NCBI GenBank assembly: GCA_965214675.1 | Contig: OZ243969.1 | Location: 129,001-193,000 of the forward strand | DNA from: Gammaproteobacteria bacterium | GTDB taxonomy: Bacteria; Pseudomonadota; Gammaproteobacteria; UBA4575 | Direction of reading: 5' to 3' | DNA length: 64,000 bases | Shown here: positions 43,100 through 54,267 of the stretch, piece after piece | Position numbering within the stretch: position 1 is the first letter of the stretch | Layout: every line of letters begins with the position of its first letter | Position numbers and translations under genes: made by a program | Notes under the pieces: model-generated | What the model was told of the DNA's origin: nothing | Seen by the model: the letters and a program-made list of their open reading frames with translations, nothing else | Database searches by the model: none

Positions 43100-44635
43100 A
43101 TGAACCCGATTGAACTCAGCATCTTTGCCCGCAGGATCGATGCCGTGTGTGAAGAGATGGGCGCCCAGTTGCGTTTTGCTGCCTTTTCACCGAATATCCG
43201 CGACCGTCTGGATTTCTCCTGTGCCGTGTTCGATGCCGGTGGCGGACTGTGCGCCCAGGCGGCACACATTCCGGTGCATCTGGGCAGCATGGCCTATGCC
43301 ATGCGGCAGATTATCATGCAAAGGACGTGGGCACCCGGGGACTTCATTGCCCTGAATGACCCTTATCTTGGTGGCACCCATTTGCCCGATGTGACGGTGG
43401 TCTGCCCCGTGTTCGTACAGGGCAAACTGCTGGGCTTTGTGGCAAATCGAGCACATCATGCGGATATCGGTGCGGATACGCCGGGCTCGATGCCGGTCTC
43501 GACAGACCTGTCGCAGGAGGGGCTGATCATTGCACCAACCTGCATTGGCCGTCATGGAGAAATCGATCAACAGGTCATCGTCGAGCTGTTCTGCGATGCG
43601 AGGAACCTGCGGGATACGCTGGGAGACATGGCAGCTCAGTGCAGTGCGAACCAGCGGGGCATCCAGCGCTTGCAGGAACTGATTGAAAGGACAGGCAGGG
43701 AGCAGTTTTCGGGGGCCTTGCAGCAGCTCAATGACTATGGACAGCAGATTGCCTGCTCCATGATTGCCAAGATTCCAAACGGCACCTACACCTTCACGGA
43801 TTACATGGACGATGATGGACAGGGCGTTACCGACCTGGCAATTTCGGTTTCGCTTTGCGTGGGCGATGATGTCATCGAAGCGGACTTCACCGGCACAGCC
43901 GCGCAGGCCAGTGGCAATATCAACTGTCCCCTGTCGGTGACAGCTGCGGCCGTGTTTTACGTTTTCCGGTGCCTGATGCCAAACGAGACACCGGCCTGTG
44001 CCGGAAGTTTTTCCCCGATCAGGCTCAAGGTGCCTGCGGCTTCCTTGTTAAATGCGAAGCGTCCGGCTGCGGTGGCAGCGGGCAACGTGGAGACCAGTTC
44101 GCGCATTGTGGATGTGGTCCTGGGGGCCCTGAGCCAGGCGCTGCCCGATGCTATTCCGGCATGCAGTCAAGGTACAATGAACAATCTTGCCCTTGGCAGT
44201 TCAAAGGGGGCACGCTGGGGTTACTATGAAACCATCGCCGGTGGCATGGGAGGCTCGAAAAATTTCTCTGGTCTGTCGGCCGTGCAGACACACATGACCA
44301 ACACACAAAATACACCCGTCGAGGTTCTGGAGATCAATTATCCATTGCGCGTCAGGCGCTATGCCATCCGTTACGGCTCGGGTGGTCCGGGCAAGCATCG
44401 TGGCGGGGACGGCATGGTCCGGGAATTCGAATTCCTGGAACCCTCGACATTTACCATCCTGTCGGAACGGCGCACCCGCAGTCCCTGGGGGCTGAACGGT
44501 GGTCACGAAGGCCAGCCCGGTGCAAATTTCTTCAATGGCGAACGCATGCCCGGGAAGGTCTGTCGGGAGACGCGTGCCGGGGATTGTTTGCGCGTCGAAT
44601 CCCCGGGAGGCGGTGGCTGGGGGCATCCTGGCTGA
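43100..44635 (+). CDS. hydantoinase B/oxoprolinase-family protein (HyuB-like)
   Basis: 511 aa. Hydantoinase_B similarity over the full length. No HyuA partner nearby. Confidence 0.8.
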   Translation: MNPIELSIFARRIDAVCEEMGAQLRFAAFSPNIRDRLDFSCAVFDAGGGLCAQAAHIPVHLGSMAYAMRQIIMQRTWAPGDFIALNDPYLGGTHLPDVTVVCPVFVQGKLLGFVANRAHHADIGADTPGSMPVSTDLSQEGLIIAPTCIGRHGEIDQQVIVELFCDARNLRDTLGDMAAQCSANQRGIQRLQELIERTGREQFSGALQQLNDYGQQIACSMIAKIPNGTYTFTDYMDDDGQGVTDLAISVSLCVGDDVIEADFTGTAAQASGNINCPLSVTAAAVFYVFRCLMPNETPACAGSFSPIRLKVPAASLLNAKRPAAVAAGNVETSSRIVDVVLGALSQALPDAIPACSQGTMNNLALGSSKGARWGYYETIAGGMGGSKNFSGLSAVQTHMTNTQNTPVEVLEINYPLRVRRYAIRYGSGGPGKHRGGDGMVREFEFLEPSTFTILSERRTRSPWGLNGGHEGQPGANFFNGERMPGKVCRETRAGDCLRVESPGGGGWGHPG

Positions 44636-44641
44636 ATTCTG

Positions 44642-46429
44642 ATGTGTGGAATCTGCGGCGAACTGCGACTGGATGACAGCGAACCCGATCCGGGTACGAT
44701 CAATGGCATGCTGCGGGCACTGAAGCGGCGGGGACCCGATCATGAAGGCAGTTACTATGACAAGGCGGTCGGACTGGGCCACCGGCGCCTGTCCGTCATT
44801 GATCTCTCGCCACGGGCCAACCAGCCGATGTTCGATGCAGGAACACAGCTGGCAATCGTATTCAACGGTGCCATCTACAACTACCCGCAACTGCGTGAAG
44901 AGCTGATCGCACTGGGGCATACATTCCGTTCAACGGGTGATACGGAAGTGATTCTCAAGGCGTATGCGCAGTGGGGGCCTGCCAGCGTCGAAAAGCTTAC
45001 CGGGATGTTTGCCTTTGCAATCTGGGATGTGCGGGCGCACGAATTGTTCCTGGCCCGCGACCGTCTCGGAATCAAGCCCCTTTACTATGTGCAGGGCAAT
45101 GGCTTTTTCCGTTTTGCTTCGAATTCGCAGGCGCTTCTCAGCACGGCTGGCGTGGATACCCGGGTCGATGCAGTGGGTCTGCACCATCATCTGAGCCTGC
45201 ACGGTGTAGTGCCGGCACCCAGGACAATCCTGCGCGGACTGAAAAAATTACCCCCCGGACATGCCCTGAAGGTTGCTGCGAAGGGTGTTCTGGAAATGCG
45301 GGCTTACTGGCAGTTGCATGCCGGAAACCCCGGGGCATCGAAGAGTGAGCGTGAATGGCAGCATGAAATCCAAGTGGCACTGAGCAACGCCGTGGAGAAG
45401 CGACTGCATGTTGCCGATGTGCCGGTAGGGGTGCTGCTGTCAGGGGGCCTTGATTCCAGTTTGCTGGTCGGTCTGTTGGCTCAGGCTGGAGTGTCGGACA
45501 TCCAGACCTACTCGGTGGGCTTTGAGGACCAGCCCGAGGAGCCCGGCAATGAGTTCGAGTATTCGGATTCGGTCGCCGGACATTTTTCCACCCGCCATCA
45601 CAAGTTCTACATAGATAATCATGAAGTACTCGAGCGTCTGCCCGAAGCCGTGGAGCAAATGGCAGAGCCCATGGTGGGTCAGGATGCGATTGCGTTTTAC
45701 CTGCTGGCAGAACAGGTTAGCCAACACATATCCGTGGTCCAGTCCGGCCAAGGCGCCGATGAGGTCTTCGGTGGATACTTCTGGTATCCGAGAATGCAGG
45801 CTGAAGCATCGTTCAGCACCGAGAGTTTTGCCAGGCACTATTTTGATCGCAGCCATGCGGAAATGCAGGACACGCTGCACGAGGATCTGGTCAGTGAGGA
45901 CTTCACCTCGCAAACGGTTCAGCACCTGCTCGAGCGTGCCGGCACGCAAGAGTTTGTCCGTGCCGTGCTGCACATGGATGTCACCACCCTCGTGGTCGAT
46001 GACCCTGTGAAGCGTGTCGACAACATGACCATGGCTCATGGGCTGGAGGCCCGGGTGCCCTTCCTGGACCACGAGCTGGTGGAGCTGGCCATGCAGATGC
46101 CGGTTCGATACAAGCTGGCACAGGGAGGGAAGTATATTCTCAAGCAAATCGCCCGGGACCTGTTGCCAGCGAAGGTCATTGATCGCGAAAAGGGTTATTT
46201 TCCCGTACCCGCGCTGAAATATATCCGTGGGGAATTCGTCGAATTCATGCGCACCGTACTGCATTCGCAGGCGTGCATACAACGCCAGTTGTACCGGCGC
46301 GACTATGTCGACACCCTGCTCGCACAGCCCGAGCAGTACATGACTCCACTTCGGGGCAGCAAGCTGTGGCACCTGGCCCTGCTCGAGCTCTGGATGCAGC
46401 GCAATGTGGATAGGACCCTTGTCAGTTGA
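44642..46429 (+). CDS. asparagine synthetase B-type glutamine amidotransferase (AsnB-like)
   Basis: N-terminal MCGICG nucleophile. LSGGLDSS PP-loop. 595 aa. Starts 7 nt after the hyuB-like gene. Confidence 0.85.
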   Translation: MCGICGELRLDDSEPDPGTINGMLRALKRRGPDHEGSYYDKAVGLGHRRLSVIDLSPRANQPMFDAGTQLAIVFNGAIYNYPQLREELIALGHTFRSTGDTEVILKAYAQWGPASVEKLTGMFAFAIWDVRAHELFLARDRLGIKPLYYVQGNGFFRFASNSQALLSTAGVDTRVDAVGLHHHLSLHGVVPAPRTILRGLKKLPPGHALKVAAKGVLEMRAYWQLHAGNPGASKSEREWQHEIQVALSNAVEKRLHVADVPVGVLLSGGLDSSLLVGLLAQAGVSDIQTYSVGFEDQPEEPGNEFEYSDSVAGHFSTRHHKFYIDNHEVLERLPEAVEQMAEPMVGQDAIAFYLLAEQVSQHISVVQSGQGADEVFGGYFWYPRMQAEASFSTESFARHYFDRSHAEMQDTLHEDLVSEDFTSQTVQHLLERAGTQEFVRAVLHMDVTTLVVDDPVKRVDNMTMAHGLEARVPFLDHELVELAMQMPVRYKLAQGGKYILKQIARDLLPAKVIDREKGYFPVPALKYIRGEFVEFMRTVLHSQACIQRQLYRRDYVDTLLAQPEQYMTPLRGSKLWHLALLELWMQRNVDRTLVS

Positions 46430-46484
46430 TTGCCTCACGCTACAATAGATGTTCACGAATTAAATGTTTTAGGGGAGTAGGGCC

Positions 46485-46805
46485 ATGGATGTACTGGAGC
46501 GAATCAAAGAACAGGTAGAGTCCAATGCGGTTATTCTGTATATGAAAGGCACTCCGCAGATGCCTCAATGCGGTTTTTCAAGCCGTACCGCCGAGGCGCT
46601 CAAGTCCTGCGGTCACGAGTTCGCCTACGTGAATGTCCTGCTGGATCCGGAGATCTTTGAAAACCTGCCCCGCTACGCGGACTGGCCGACGTTCCCGCAA
46701 CTCTATATACAAGGTGAACTGGTCGGGGGATGCGACATTGCCCTGGACCTGCATGAGCGTGGCGAGTTACAGAAAATGGTATCGGCTGCTTCCGGCGGAA
46801 CCTAG
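46485..46805 (+). CDS. grxD: monothiol glutaredoxin Grx4
   Basis: CGFS active site (MPQCGFSSRT). 106 aa. Confidence 0.9.
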   Translation: MDVLERIKEQVESNAVILYMKGTPQMPQCGFSSRTAEALKSCGHEFAYVNVLLDPEIFENLPRYADWPTFPQLYIQGELVGGCDIALDLHERGELQKMVSAASGGT

Positions 46806-46833
46806 ACGCGGCACCTCTCCGGGGCGCGCGCAT

Positions 46834-47457
46834 TCAGTCCCGATTTTCCCACCGGTTCATCACATCACAGAATATCGCGGCGGTCTTTTCAGCATCATAG
46901 ATGGCTGAATGTGCACTGGCACTGTCCCAGTCGAGATTGGCGGCCGCAACAATCCTTGATAACACCGTCTGACCATAGGCCAGCGCTCCCAGAGTGACCG
47001 TGTCAAGGTTGCTGAAGGGATGGAAGGGATTGCTCTTGATACCGGTGCGCTCTGCAGCGGCATTGATGAAACTCAGATCGAAATAGGCATTATGGCCGAC
47101 CAGGATTGCCCGGGTGCACTGGTTTTGCTGGACATGCTTGTGCACCGGCGTAAAGATTTTCTGCAAGGCTTCTTTCTCAGGCAGCGCGATTCTCAGCGGG
47201 TGGAAGGGATCGATCCTGTTCACTTCCAGAGAGGCGGGGTCAAGATTGGCGCCATCAAAGGGCCGCACGTGGGTGGCGATCGTACGCTGGCAGAAAAACT
47301 GCCGGGTACTATTCATGCCAACCAGCACAGCAGCGACTTCAAGCAGTGCATCGGTGCTGGCATTGAAACCGCCCGTTTCCACATCCACCACCACCGGGCA
47401 GAAGCCCCGAAACCGATTGCCAAGAGGAATAAATTCCTGTGGTTCTGTTTGACTCAT
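46834..47457 (-). CDS. rnt: ribonuclease T
   Basis: DEDDh exonuclease (VVVDVETGGF, GHNAYFD). 207 aa. Confidence 0.9.
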   Translation of the reverse strand: MSQTEPQEFIPLGNRFRGFCPVVVDVETGGFNASTDALLEVAAVLVGMNSTRQFFCQRTIATHVRPFDGANLDPASLEVNRIDPFHPLRIALPEKEALQKIFTPVHKHVQQNQCTRAILVGHNAYFDLSFINAAAERTGIKSNPFHPFSNLDTVTLGALAYGQTVLSRIVAAANLDWDSASAHSAIYDAEKTAAIFCDVMNRWENRD

Positions 47458-47545
47458 CGGTGATTTGTAAGAGTGGGTTGGTGCTTTAGGCTATAATCGG
47501 GTGCGAATTTACGCGGTCATTCCATCCAGTACTCAAGCGCATAGT

Positions 47546-48766
47546 ATGTCATCAGTTCGAAAAGTTATACTCGCCTATTCAGGCGGTCTGGACACGTCGG
47601 TCATCCTCAAGTGGCTAGTTGAGGCATACCAGTGCGAAGTGGTGACGTTCACCGCAGACATTGGTCAGGGCAAGGAGATCGCTTCTGCCCGCGCCAAGGC
47701 CGAGACTCTGGGTGTCAGGGAGATTTACGTCGAGGATTTATGCGAGGAGTTTGTCGGGGATTTCGTATTCCCCATGCTGCGCGCCAATGCCCTCTATGAA
47801 GGAGAGTATCTGCTGGGCACATCGATTGCCCGCCCACTGATTGCCAAACGTCTGGTAGAGATCGCCGGGGAGGTCGGGGGGGATGCCATCGCGCACGGCG
47901 CGACGGGCAAGGGCAATGATCAAGTTCGGTTTGAACTTGGTGCATACGCGTTAAACCCGGATATACGGGTCATCGCACCGTGGCGCGAATGGGACCTGAA
48001 TTCACGTGAGAAGCTGCTGGAATATGCCGACAGGCACAATATTTCCATTGAACAAAAGCAGGGTCAGCGATCCCCGTATTCAATGGATGCCAACTTACTG
48101 CACATCTCGTACGAGGGGGGTGAGCTTGAGGACCCGTGGGTCGAGCCGCAGGATAGCATGTGGCAGTTGACATGCGCACCCGACCAGGCTCCGGATGTGC
48201 CGCGGTACGTGGAGATCGGGTTTGTGCAGGGAGACCCTGTCAGTCTGGACGGTACCGAGCATACCCCCGCACAGCTGTTGAGGGAGTTGAACGCAATCGC
48301 AGGTGCGCACGGTGTCGGGCGCCTGGATATTGTCGAAAACCGTTATGTAGGCATGAAGTCACGTGGCTGCTACGAGACCCCGGGTGGGACAATCCTGCAC
48401 AAAAGCCATCGCGCCATGGAGTCCATCACCCTGGACCGGGAAGTGGCACATCTCAAAGACGAACTCATGCCTCGCTATGCAGCACTGGTATACAACGGCT
48501 ACTGGTGGAGTCCGGAGCGTAGGGCCTTGCAAAAACTGATTGATGCTACACAGGTCGGCGTCACTGGAATCGTGCGGGTAAAGCTGTTCAAGGGCAGTGT
48601 GCATGTCGTCGGGCGAAAATCGGAAACCCACAGTTTGTTTGATCCGGGTATTGCCACATTTGAAGATGATAAAGGTGCCTATAACCAGCAGGATGCAGAC
48701 GGTTTCATTAAATTGAATGCTCTGCGCATGCGGATTATGGCAAAATTCGGGACACCCAAAAGTTAA
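47546..48766 (+). CDS. argG: argininosuccinate synthase
   Basis: [11 protein letters not shown]-loop. 406 aa. Confidence 0.95.
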   Translation: MSSVRKVILAYSGGLDTSVILKWLVEAYQCEVVTFTADIGQGKEIASARAKAETLGVREIYVEDLCEEFVGDFVFPMLRANALYEGEYLLGTSIARPLIAKRLVEIAGEVGGDAIAHGATGKGNDQVRFELGAYALNPDIRVIAPWREWDLNSREKLLEYADRHNISIEQKQGQRSPYSMDANLLHISYEGGELEDPWVEPQDSMWQLTCAPDQAPDVPRYVEIGFVQGDPVSLDGTEHTPAQLLRELNAIAGAHGVGRLDIVENRYVGMKSRGCYETPGGTILHKSHRAMESITLDREVAHLKDELMPRYAALVYNGYWWSPERRALQKLIDATQVGVTGIVRVKLFKGSVHVVGRKSETHSLFDPGIATFEDDKGAYNQQDADGFIKLNALRMRIMAKFGTPKS

Positions 48767-48779
48767 ACTGCAGAGTACA

Positions 48780-49529
48780 TTGATCAAAGCAACTCCAAAG
48801 AGGATATGCTGGCATATCCTGATAGCACTGGGCGGCCTTACGCTTTGTGCGTGTGTATGGGCCGGGAATCCGGCCCATCATCCGGATGATCCCTGGGAGG
48901 GCATGAACCGCAAGGTGTATAGCTTTAACGATGCCGTGGACCGCATCGTACTGACCCCCGTCACGAGGGTGTACCAGGCCGTGGTACCGGATGCCGTCGA
49001 GACCGGCGTCGGCAATTTCTTTTCAAATCTTGGTGATGTGGGGGTGGCCCTGAATAACCTGCTGCAGCTCAAGCTTGGCGAAGCGGGCTCGGATACCGGT
49101 CGTGTCCTTGTCAACACGACATTGGGGTTTTTCGGGTGGATGGATGTGGCCAGCCAGTTGGGGATGACCAAGCACAATGAGGATTTCGGGCAGACCCTCG
49201 GATACTGGGGTGTGGGCAGCGGACCCTACCTTGTTTTGCCGTTTCATGGTCCGAGCAACTTGCGTGATGGTCCGGGCATGCTGGCTGATATCTCGCTGTG
49301 GACGAACAGTTTTCCCGATCTTAAAACCTCCGAGGAAAGGGCACTGATTTCGCTCAATGTCGTCAGCGGACGCGGGCAGTACCTGGCGCTTGAGGAAAGA
49401 ACCGAGGAACTTGGCCGTGATCAATACGTGTTCATTCGGGACGCGTACCTGGATAACCGTGAGTTTCTGGTGCGTGATGGCGAGTTTTCCCTGGATGATG
49501 AACTCTACGAAGGGCTGGATGACGAATAG
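48780..49529 (+). CDS. mlaA: phospholipid-binding lipoprotein MlaA (VacJ)
   Basis: Lipobox LTLCAC. MlaA core NRKVYSFNDAVDRIVLTPV...GNFFSNLGD. No in-frame ATG after the argG stop. A TTG at 48780 is proposed as start. Confidence 0.75.
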   Translation: MIKATPKRICWHILIALGGLTLCACVWAGNPAHHPDDPWEGMNRKVYSFNDAVDRIVLTPVTRVYQAVVPDAVETGVGNFFSNLGDVGVALNNLLQLKLGEAGSDTGRVLVNTTLGFFGWMDVASQLGMTKHNEDFGQTLGYWGVGSGPYLVLPFHGPSNLRDGPGMLADISLWTNSFPDLKTSEERALISLNVVSGRGQYLALEERTEELGRDQYVFIRDAYLDNREFLVRDGEFSLDDELYEGLDDE

Positions 49530-49713
49530 TGCGTTCACCGCAAGGCACTGCAGTTCGCAGGCTGTATAGATGCTCCGAGGGGCAGGCAGGTGTGCGTCTG
49601 GACACGGGTCGGTCTCGCATCCAAATACCTGAAAGGACGGGAATTTTTAACTGCAAGTTCACAAGCTGTTATGATCACGACGGTGATACCGTGGACACAC
49701 AGATACCGGGAGT

Positions 49714-50355
49714 TTGCCTATGAACAGAAAAGCGCTTGAAATACTTGCCGGTGGGCGTTATCTGCAGGAAGATCCCGGGCCGGATGACAGCACACGCGAT
49801 CCTGCACTTGAGGCCGAGGTCCGCAAGATGCTGCAACTGATTGGCGAAAATCCCAGCCGCGAAGGCCTTCTCGACACCCCCAAGCGGGTCTCTCGCGCAT
49901 TACATTTTCTGACCAGTGGCTATAATCTCAGGGTTACAGATGCGGTCAGCGGTGCCCTGTTTGAGGAACACTGCGAGGAAATGGTCATCGTCAAGGACGT
50001 CGAGTTTTATTCCCTTTGCGAACATCATATCCTGCCGTTTTACGGCCGCGCCCACATTGGCTACCTGCCCAAGGGACGGGTCATCGGGTTGAGCAAGATT
50101 GCACGTGTAGTGGATGTATTTGCCAGGCGCCTGCAGGTGCAGGAACGGCTGACAACGCAAATTGCGAGCGGCTTGCTGGATGTGCTTGATGCACATGGCG
50201 TGGCTGTCGTGCTTGAGGCAAGCCACTTCTGCATGATCATGCGGGGTGTGCAAAAACAAAACAGCAAAACGGTGACAAGCTCTATGCTCGGTGCCTTCAG
50301 GGAAGACTCCCGATCGCGTTCCGAGTTCATGGAACTCATCCGGTCGCACAGGTGA
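49714..50355 (+). CDS. folE: GTP cyclohydrolase I
   Basis: CEHHILPF active-site motif. 213 aa. Confidence 0.93.
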   Translation: MPMNRKALEILAGGRYLQEDPGPDDSTRDPALEAEVRKMLQLIGENPSREGLLDTPKRVSRALHFLTSGYNLRVTDAVSGALFEEHCEEMVIVKDVEFYSLCEHHILPFYGRAHIGYLPKGRVIGLSKIARVVDVFARRLQVQERLTTQIASGLLDVLDAHGVAVVLEASHFCMIMRGVQKQNSKTVTSSMLGAFREDSRSRSEFMELIRSHR

Positions 50356-50394
50356 AAATCGGGTATCAGCCCGCAAACTGCGACGGCAATGACT

Positions 50395-50694
50395 CTATGG
50401 CAAGACCCGTTTGAAAGGCCGGACAACCACGTGCTCATAGACCCCGGCAGCAATGTAGGGGTCGGCATCGGCCCACTCCTGGGCGGCCTGCAGCGATTCG
50501 AATTCAGCCACAATCAGACTCCCGGTAAACCCTGCATCTCCAGGATCGGGGCTGTCCACGGCCGGGTGGGGGCCTGCCAGCACCAGGCGTCCCTGGTTTT
50601 TCAGTTCATCGAGACGCGCTATATGTTGGTCGCGAACGGACTTGCGCTTGGCTAGGCTGTCAGCAACGTCCTGGCTGATGATGGCGTACAGCAT
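50395..50694 (-). CDS. yciI: YciI-like protein
   Basis: About 99 aa. YciI/DGPF-family similarity. Start taken at the internal MLYAIIS. Confidence 0.7.
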   Translation of the reverse strand: MLYAIISQDVADSLAKRKSVRDQHIARLDELKNQGRLVLAGPHPAVDSPDPGDAGFTGSLIVAEFESLQAAQEWADADPYIAAGVYEHVVVRPFKRVLP

Positions 50695-50872
50695 GATGGC
50701 TGGCTCAGTCGACCTCGATTGCAGGTATTTTTGTTGGTTTTGAATGTGCAAACATGAATGTGGCATAAAGGATAGCAGATAACCGCAACAGCACCCAGGC
50801 AGATTCGCCAGCAAGGAAGAAGGCAGTTTTTCAACGTCATATAATCAGCTAAGGAGCAATCACTTCTGTCTC

Positions 50873-51502
50873 ATGTCCCAGTACTTTGTCATTCACCCTA
50901 AAACGGCACAAAAACGCCTCATCCAGCGTGCCGTTCAAATCATCGATCAGGGAGGGCTCATCGTATACCCGACGGATTCCTGTTATGCACTGGGATGCCA
51001 TATCGGTGACAAGCATGCGATGCAAAGAATTCGCAGGATTCGCCAGGTCGACGAAAAACATCATTTCACCCTGGTATGCCGGGATCTATCAGAGTTATCC
51101 ACCTACGCGTTGGTGGACAACAGTGCCTACCGGCTCATGAAGCGCTGTACTCCGGGGCCCTATACGTTTTTGCTAAAGGCCACCCACGAAGTACCGAGGC
51201 GCCTGCTGACACCCAAACGCCGAACCATCGGGTTGCGGGTTCCTGAACATGCAGTGGTCTTGCAATTGTGTGAAGAACTGGGTGGACCCTTGCTCAGCAG
51301 TACGCTGATCCTGCCTGGTGACCCTGAACCCATGTCGGACCCCCAGGAGATGCGTGAGCGCCTGGAGCATGAAGTGGACCTGGTAATCGATGGCGGGTAT
51401 TGCGGTGTGCAGGCAACGACAGTCATTGACCTGATTGCCGAGCGCCCGACCATCGAGCGGCAGGGGAAGGGGGAGACCGGGTGGCTGGTGGATGACGGTT
51501 AA
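50873..51502 (+). CDS. yciO: L-threonylcarbamoyladenylate synthase-family protein (YrdC/YciO)
   Basis: YrdC-domain motifs (VYPTDSCYALGC, RIRRIRQ). Adjacent to yciI as in enterobacteria. Confidence 0.8.
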   Translation: MSQYFVIHPKTAQKRLIQRAVQIIDQGGLIVYPTDSCYALGCHIGDKHAMQRIRRIRQVDEKHHFTLVCRDLSELSTYALVDNSAYRLMKRCTPGPYTFLLKATHEVPRRLLTPKRRTIGLRVPEHAVVLQLCEELGGPLLSSTLILPGDPEPMSDPQEMRERLEHEVDLVIDGGYCGVQATTVIDLIAERPTIERQGKGETGWLVDDG

Positions 51503-51543
51503 TGCAAGTTGGCTGCAATGCGGCGTATAATGGAGGCTCGCCG

Positions 51544-52194
51544 ATGAATGTCATGCAGACCATTGCCATCTGGGCTATACCGATCCTGTTGGCCATCACC
51601 CTACATGAGGTGGCACATGGATGGGTAGCCAAGCAGCACGGTGACCCTACAGCAGCCCTCCTCGGCAGGCTGAGCCTGAATCCCTTCAGACACATTGACC
51701 CCCTGGGCACGGTTCTGGTGCCGATCATCCTGATTGTACTGGTGGGCTTTGGATTCGGGTGGGCCAAGCCCGTACCTGTGAATTTCGCCCAGTTGCGCAA
51801 CCCGAGGCGGGATATGATCCGGGTGGCAGCCGCAGGGCCTGCAGCCAACCTGTTGATGGCGCTGGCCTGGGCGCTCGTCATGAAGGTGGGCATCCTGATG
51901 CTGGACCAGTCACCCTGGGTCGCCACCCCGCTGATCCTGGCCGGCCAGGCAGGGATCATCATCAACCTGGTGCTCTGCCTGGTCAACCTGATCCCCATTC
52001 CTCCGCTGGATGGCGGGCGGATTCTGGCCGGACTTGCCCCGCCACGCTTTACCCCGATACTTGAAAAAGTGGAACCTTTGGGAATGTTGATCGTGTTTGG
52101 TCTGATTGCGGTGGGTGGCCTGACGTTCATCCTGAACCCACTGCTGCAGTTCATCACTTCCATCATTGGAAGAGTGTTTGGACTTCCCGTGTGA
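51544..52194 (+). CDS. site-2 protease family (M50) membrane metalloprotease
   Basis: HEVAHG HExxH motif in the first TM helix. Multiple TM helices. Confidence 0.75.
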   Translation: MNVMQTIAIWAIPILLAITLHEVAHGWVAKQHGDPTAALLGRLSLNPFRHIDPLGTVLVPIILIVLVGFGFGWAKPVPVNFAQLRNPRRDMIRVAAAGPAANLLMALAWALVMKVGILMLDQSPWVATPLILAGQAGIIINLVLCLVNLIPIPPLDGGRILAGLAPPRFTPILEKVEPLGMLIVFGLIAVGGLTFILNPLLQFITSIIGRVFGLPV

Positions 52195-53414
52195 ACTCCA
52201 TGAACCCCCATCCGTTGCAAGACCAGCGCGTGCTTTCAGGCATGCGCCCGACAGGGGCATTGCACCTTGGTCACTTGCACGGGGTGCTGTATAACTGGAT
52301 CAAGCTGCAACACACGCATGAATGCTTTTTCTTCGTGGCCGACTGGCATGCGCTGACCACGGAATATGACAATACCCGGGTGATTTCCCAGAGCGTGATG
52401 GACATGGTTGTCGACTGGCTTGCAGTGGGCGTCAATCCAAGTGCGGCGACCTTGTTCATCCAGTCGCGTATACCTGAACATGCGGAATTGCATTTGTTGC
52501 TGTCAATGATTACACCACTGGGCTGGCTGGAGCGCGTGCCGACATACAAGGATCAACAGGAAAAGCTCAAGGAAAAGGACCTGGCAACCTACGGATTTCT
52601 GGGCTATCCGCTTTTACAGAGTGCAGATATTCTGGTATACAAAGCGAGTCATGTACCGGTTGGTGAAGATCAGGTGGCGCATGTCGAGCTGACTCGCGAG
52701 GTAGCACGGAGGTTCAATTTCCTGTATGGGAAAGCGCCGGATTTTGAGGAGAAAGCCAAGCTGGCCATTGCCAAGATCGGCAAGAAGAATGCCAGGCTGT
52801 ACCGTCAGTACCGCAAACGTTACCGGGAGCAGGGAGATCAAGAGTCCTTGGAAGTAGCACATGCCTTGCTGGAGAGTCAGCAGAATATCTCGATCAGTGA
52901 CCGGGAATGCCTGTTCGGCTACATGCGAGGCGAAGGCAAAACCATTTTGCCCGAACCCCAGCCCCTGTTGGCCAAGACCCTGAAGATGACTGGACTGGAC
53001 GGACAAAAGATGTCCAAGTCCTATCGCAATACCATCTCCCTGCGCGAAGAAGCCGCCGTTACTGAAAAGAAAATCCGCACCATGCCGACCGACCCGGCCC
53101 GGGTGAAGCGCACCGATGCAGGTGATCCTGAAAAATGCCCAGTCTGGCAGTTGCACAAGACCTATTCTTCAGATGAGGTCAAGCGCTGGGTACAGCAAGG
53201 TTGTCGCAGTGCCGGCATCGGCTGCATTGAATGCAAGCAACCCGTCATCGATGCCGTGGAGTCCGAGCTCAAGCCCATTCGCGAGCGGGCCCGTGAATAT
53301 CAGGATGACACTTCTACGGTGCAGGGCATAATCAAGGAAGGTTGTGACAAGGCGCGTGATGTAGCGCGTGACACTCTGAAGGATGTCAAAGAGGCGATCG
53401 GCCTATCCTATTGA
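52191..53414 (+). CDS. trpS: tryptophan--tRNA ligase (long form)
   Basis: Class I HLGH (ALHLGHLHG) and KMSKS motifs. 407 aa. Confidence 0.9.
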   Translation: MNSMNPHPLQDQRVLSGMRPTGALHLGHLHGVLYNWIKLQHTHECFFFVADWHALTTEYDNTRVISQSVMDMVVDWLAVGVNPSAATLFIQSRIPEHAELHLLLSMITPLGWLERVPTYKDQQEKLKEKDLATYGFLGYPLLQSADILVYKASHVPVGEDQVAHVELTREVARRFNFLYGKAPDFEEKAKLAIAKIGKKNARLYRQYRKRYREQGDQESLEVAHALLESQQNISISDRECLFGYMRGEGKTILPEPQPLLAKTLKMTGLDGQKMSKSYRNTISLREEAAVTEKKIRTMPTDPARVKRTDAGDPEKCPVWQLHKTYSSDEVKRWVQQGCRSAGIGCIECKQPVIDAVESELKPIRERAREYQDDTSTVQGIIKEGCDKARDVARDTLKDVKEAIGLSY

Positions 53415-53424
53415 CAGGAACCAC

Positions 53425-54267
53425 ATGAGCAAAACCAACCCCCCGCCACCCGAACACCTGCAAGCGGAATTGCCTTTTGCCGTTGTCAAGGGCGAACCCA
53501 TCACGGTACCGCCTGAGGATTTGTATATTCCTCCCGATGCGCTGGAAATATTCCTGGATGCCTTCGAGGGTCCACTTGACCTGTTGCTGTACCTGATCAA
53601 GCGCCAGAATCTGGACATTGTGGCTTTGCCCATCCTTCAGATCACGCAGCAGTACATGGAATACATCGGCTTGATGAAGGAGTTGCGCCTGGAGCTTGCT
53701 GCCGAGTATCTCGTCATGGCAGCCATGCTGGCCGAGATCAAGTCACGCATGCTGCTGCCGCAGCCCGCAGTCGAGGAAGACGAGAAAGACCCGCGCTCGG
53801 AGTTAATACGCCGACTGCAGGAATATGAGCGGTTCAAGCAGGCATCCGAACAAATCGATGAATTGCCGCGTATGCATCGGGACACCTTCGGTGTTTCCGT
53901 CATGCAGTCCGAATACCCTATTGAGCGAACTCAACCGGATGTCGATTTCAGGGAATTGATGGTTGCCTTTCAGGAAGTCATTCAGCGTGCCCAGATGTTT
54001 GCCAGCCACCATATCCAGCGCGAAGGTTTATCGGTGAGAGAGCGGATGTCGGGCATACTGGGCATGCTCAGTATTGAGGATTTTGTCGAGTTTCAGAAGC
54101 TGTTTGATGTGCAGGAAGGTCGAGGTGCGGCCATCGTGACGTTTCTGGCATTGCTGGAGCTGCTGAAGACTCGTGCCATTGAACTGGTCCAGTCCAAACC
54201 TTTTGCACCAATCTATGTCAAGCCCGCCGTCAAGGGGCCCGAGGAGGCACACAGCAATGAAGGATAG
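53425..54267 (+). CDS. scpA: segregation and condensation protein A
   Basis: ScpA-family (LDLLLYLIKRQNLDI). Start at the internal MSKTNPPP. Confidence 0.85.
   Translation: MSKTNPPPPEHLQAELPFAVVKGEPITVPPEDLYIPPDALEIFLDAFEGPLDLLLYLIKRQNLDIVALPILQITQQYMEYIGLMKELRLELAAEYLVMAAMLAEIKSRMLLPQPAVEEDEKDPRSELIRRLQEYERFKQASEQIDELPRMHRDTFGVSVMQSEYPIERTQPDVDFRELMVAFQEVIQRAQMFASHHIQREGLSVRERMSGILGMLSIEDFVEFQKLFDVQEGRGAAIVTFLALLELLKTRAIELVQSKPFAPIYVKPAVKGPEEAHSNEG

Noticed and set aside
51423-52220. 265-aa - strand ORF
   Set aside because: Antisense to the M50 site-2 protease gene, which carries HEVAHG. Composition artefact.
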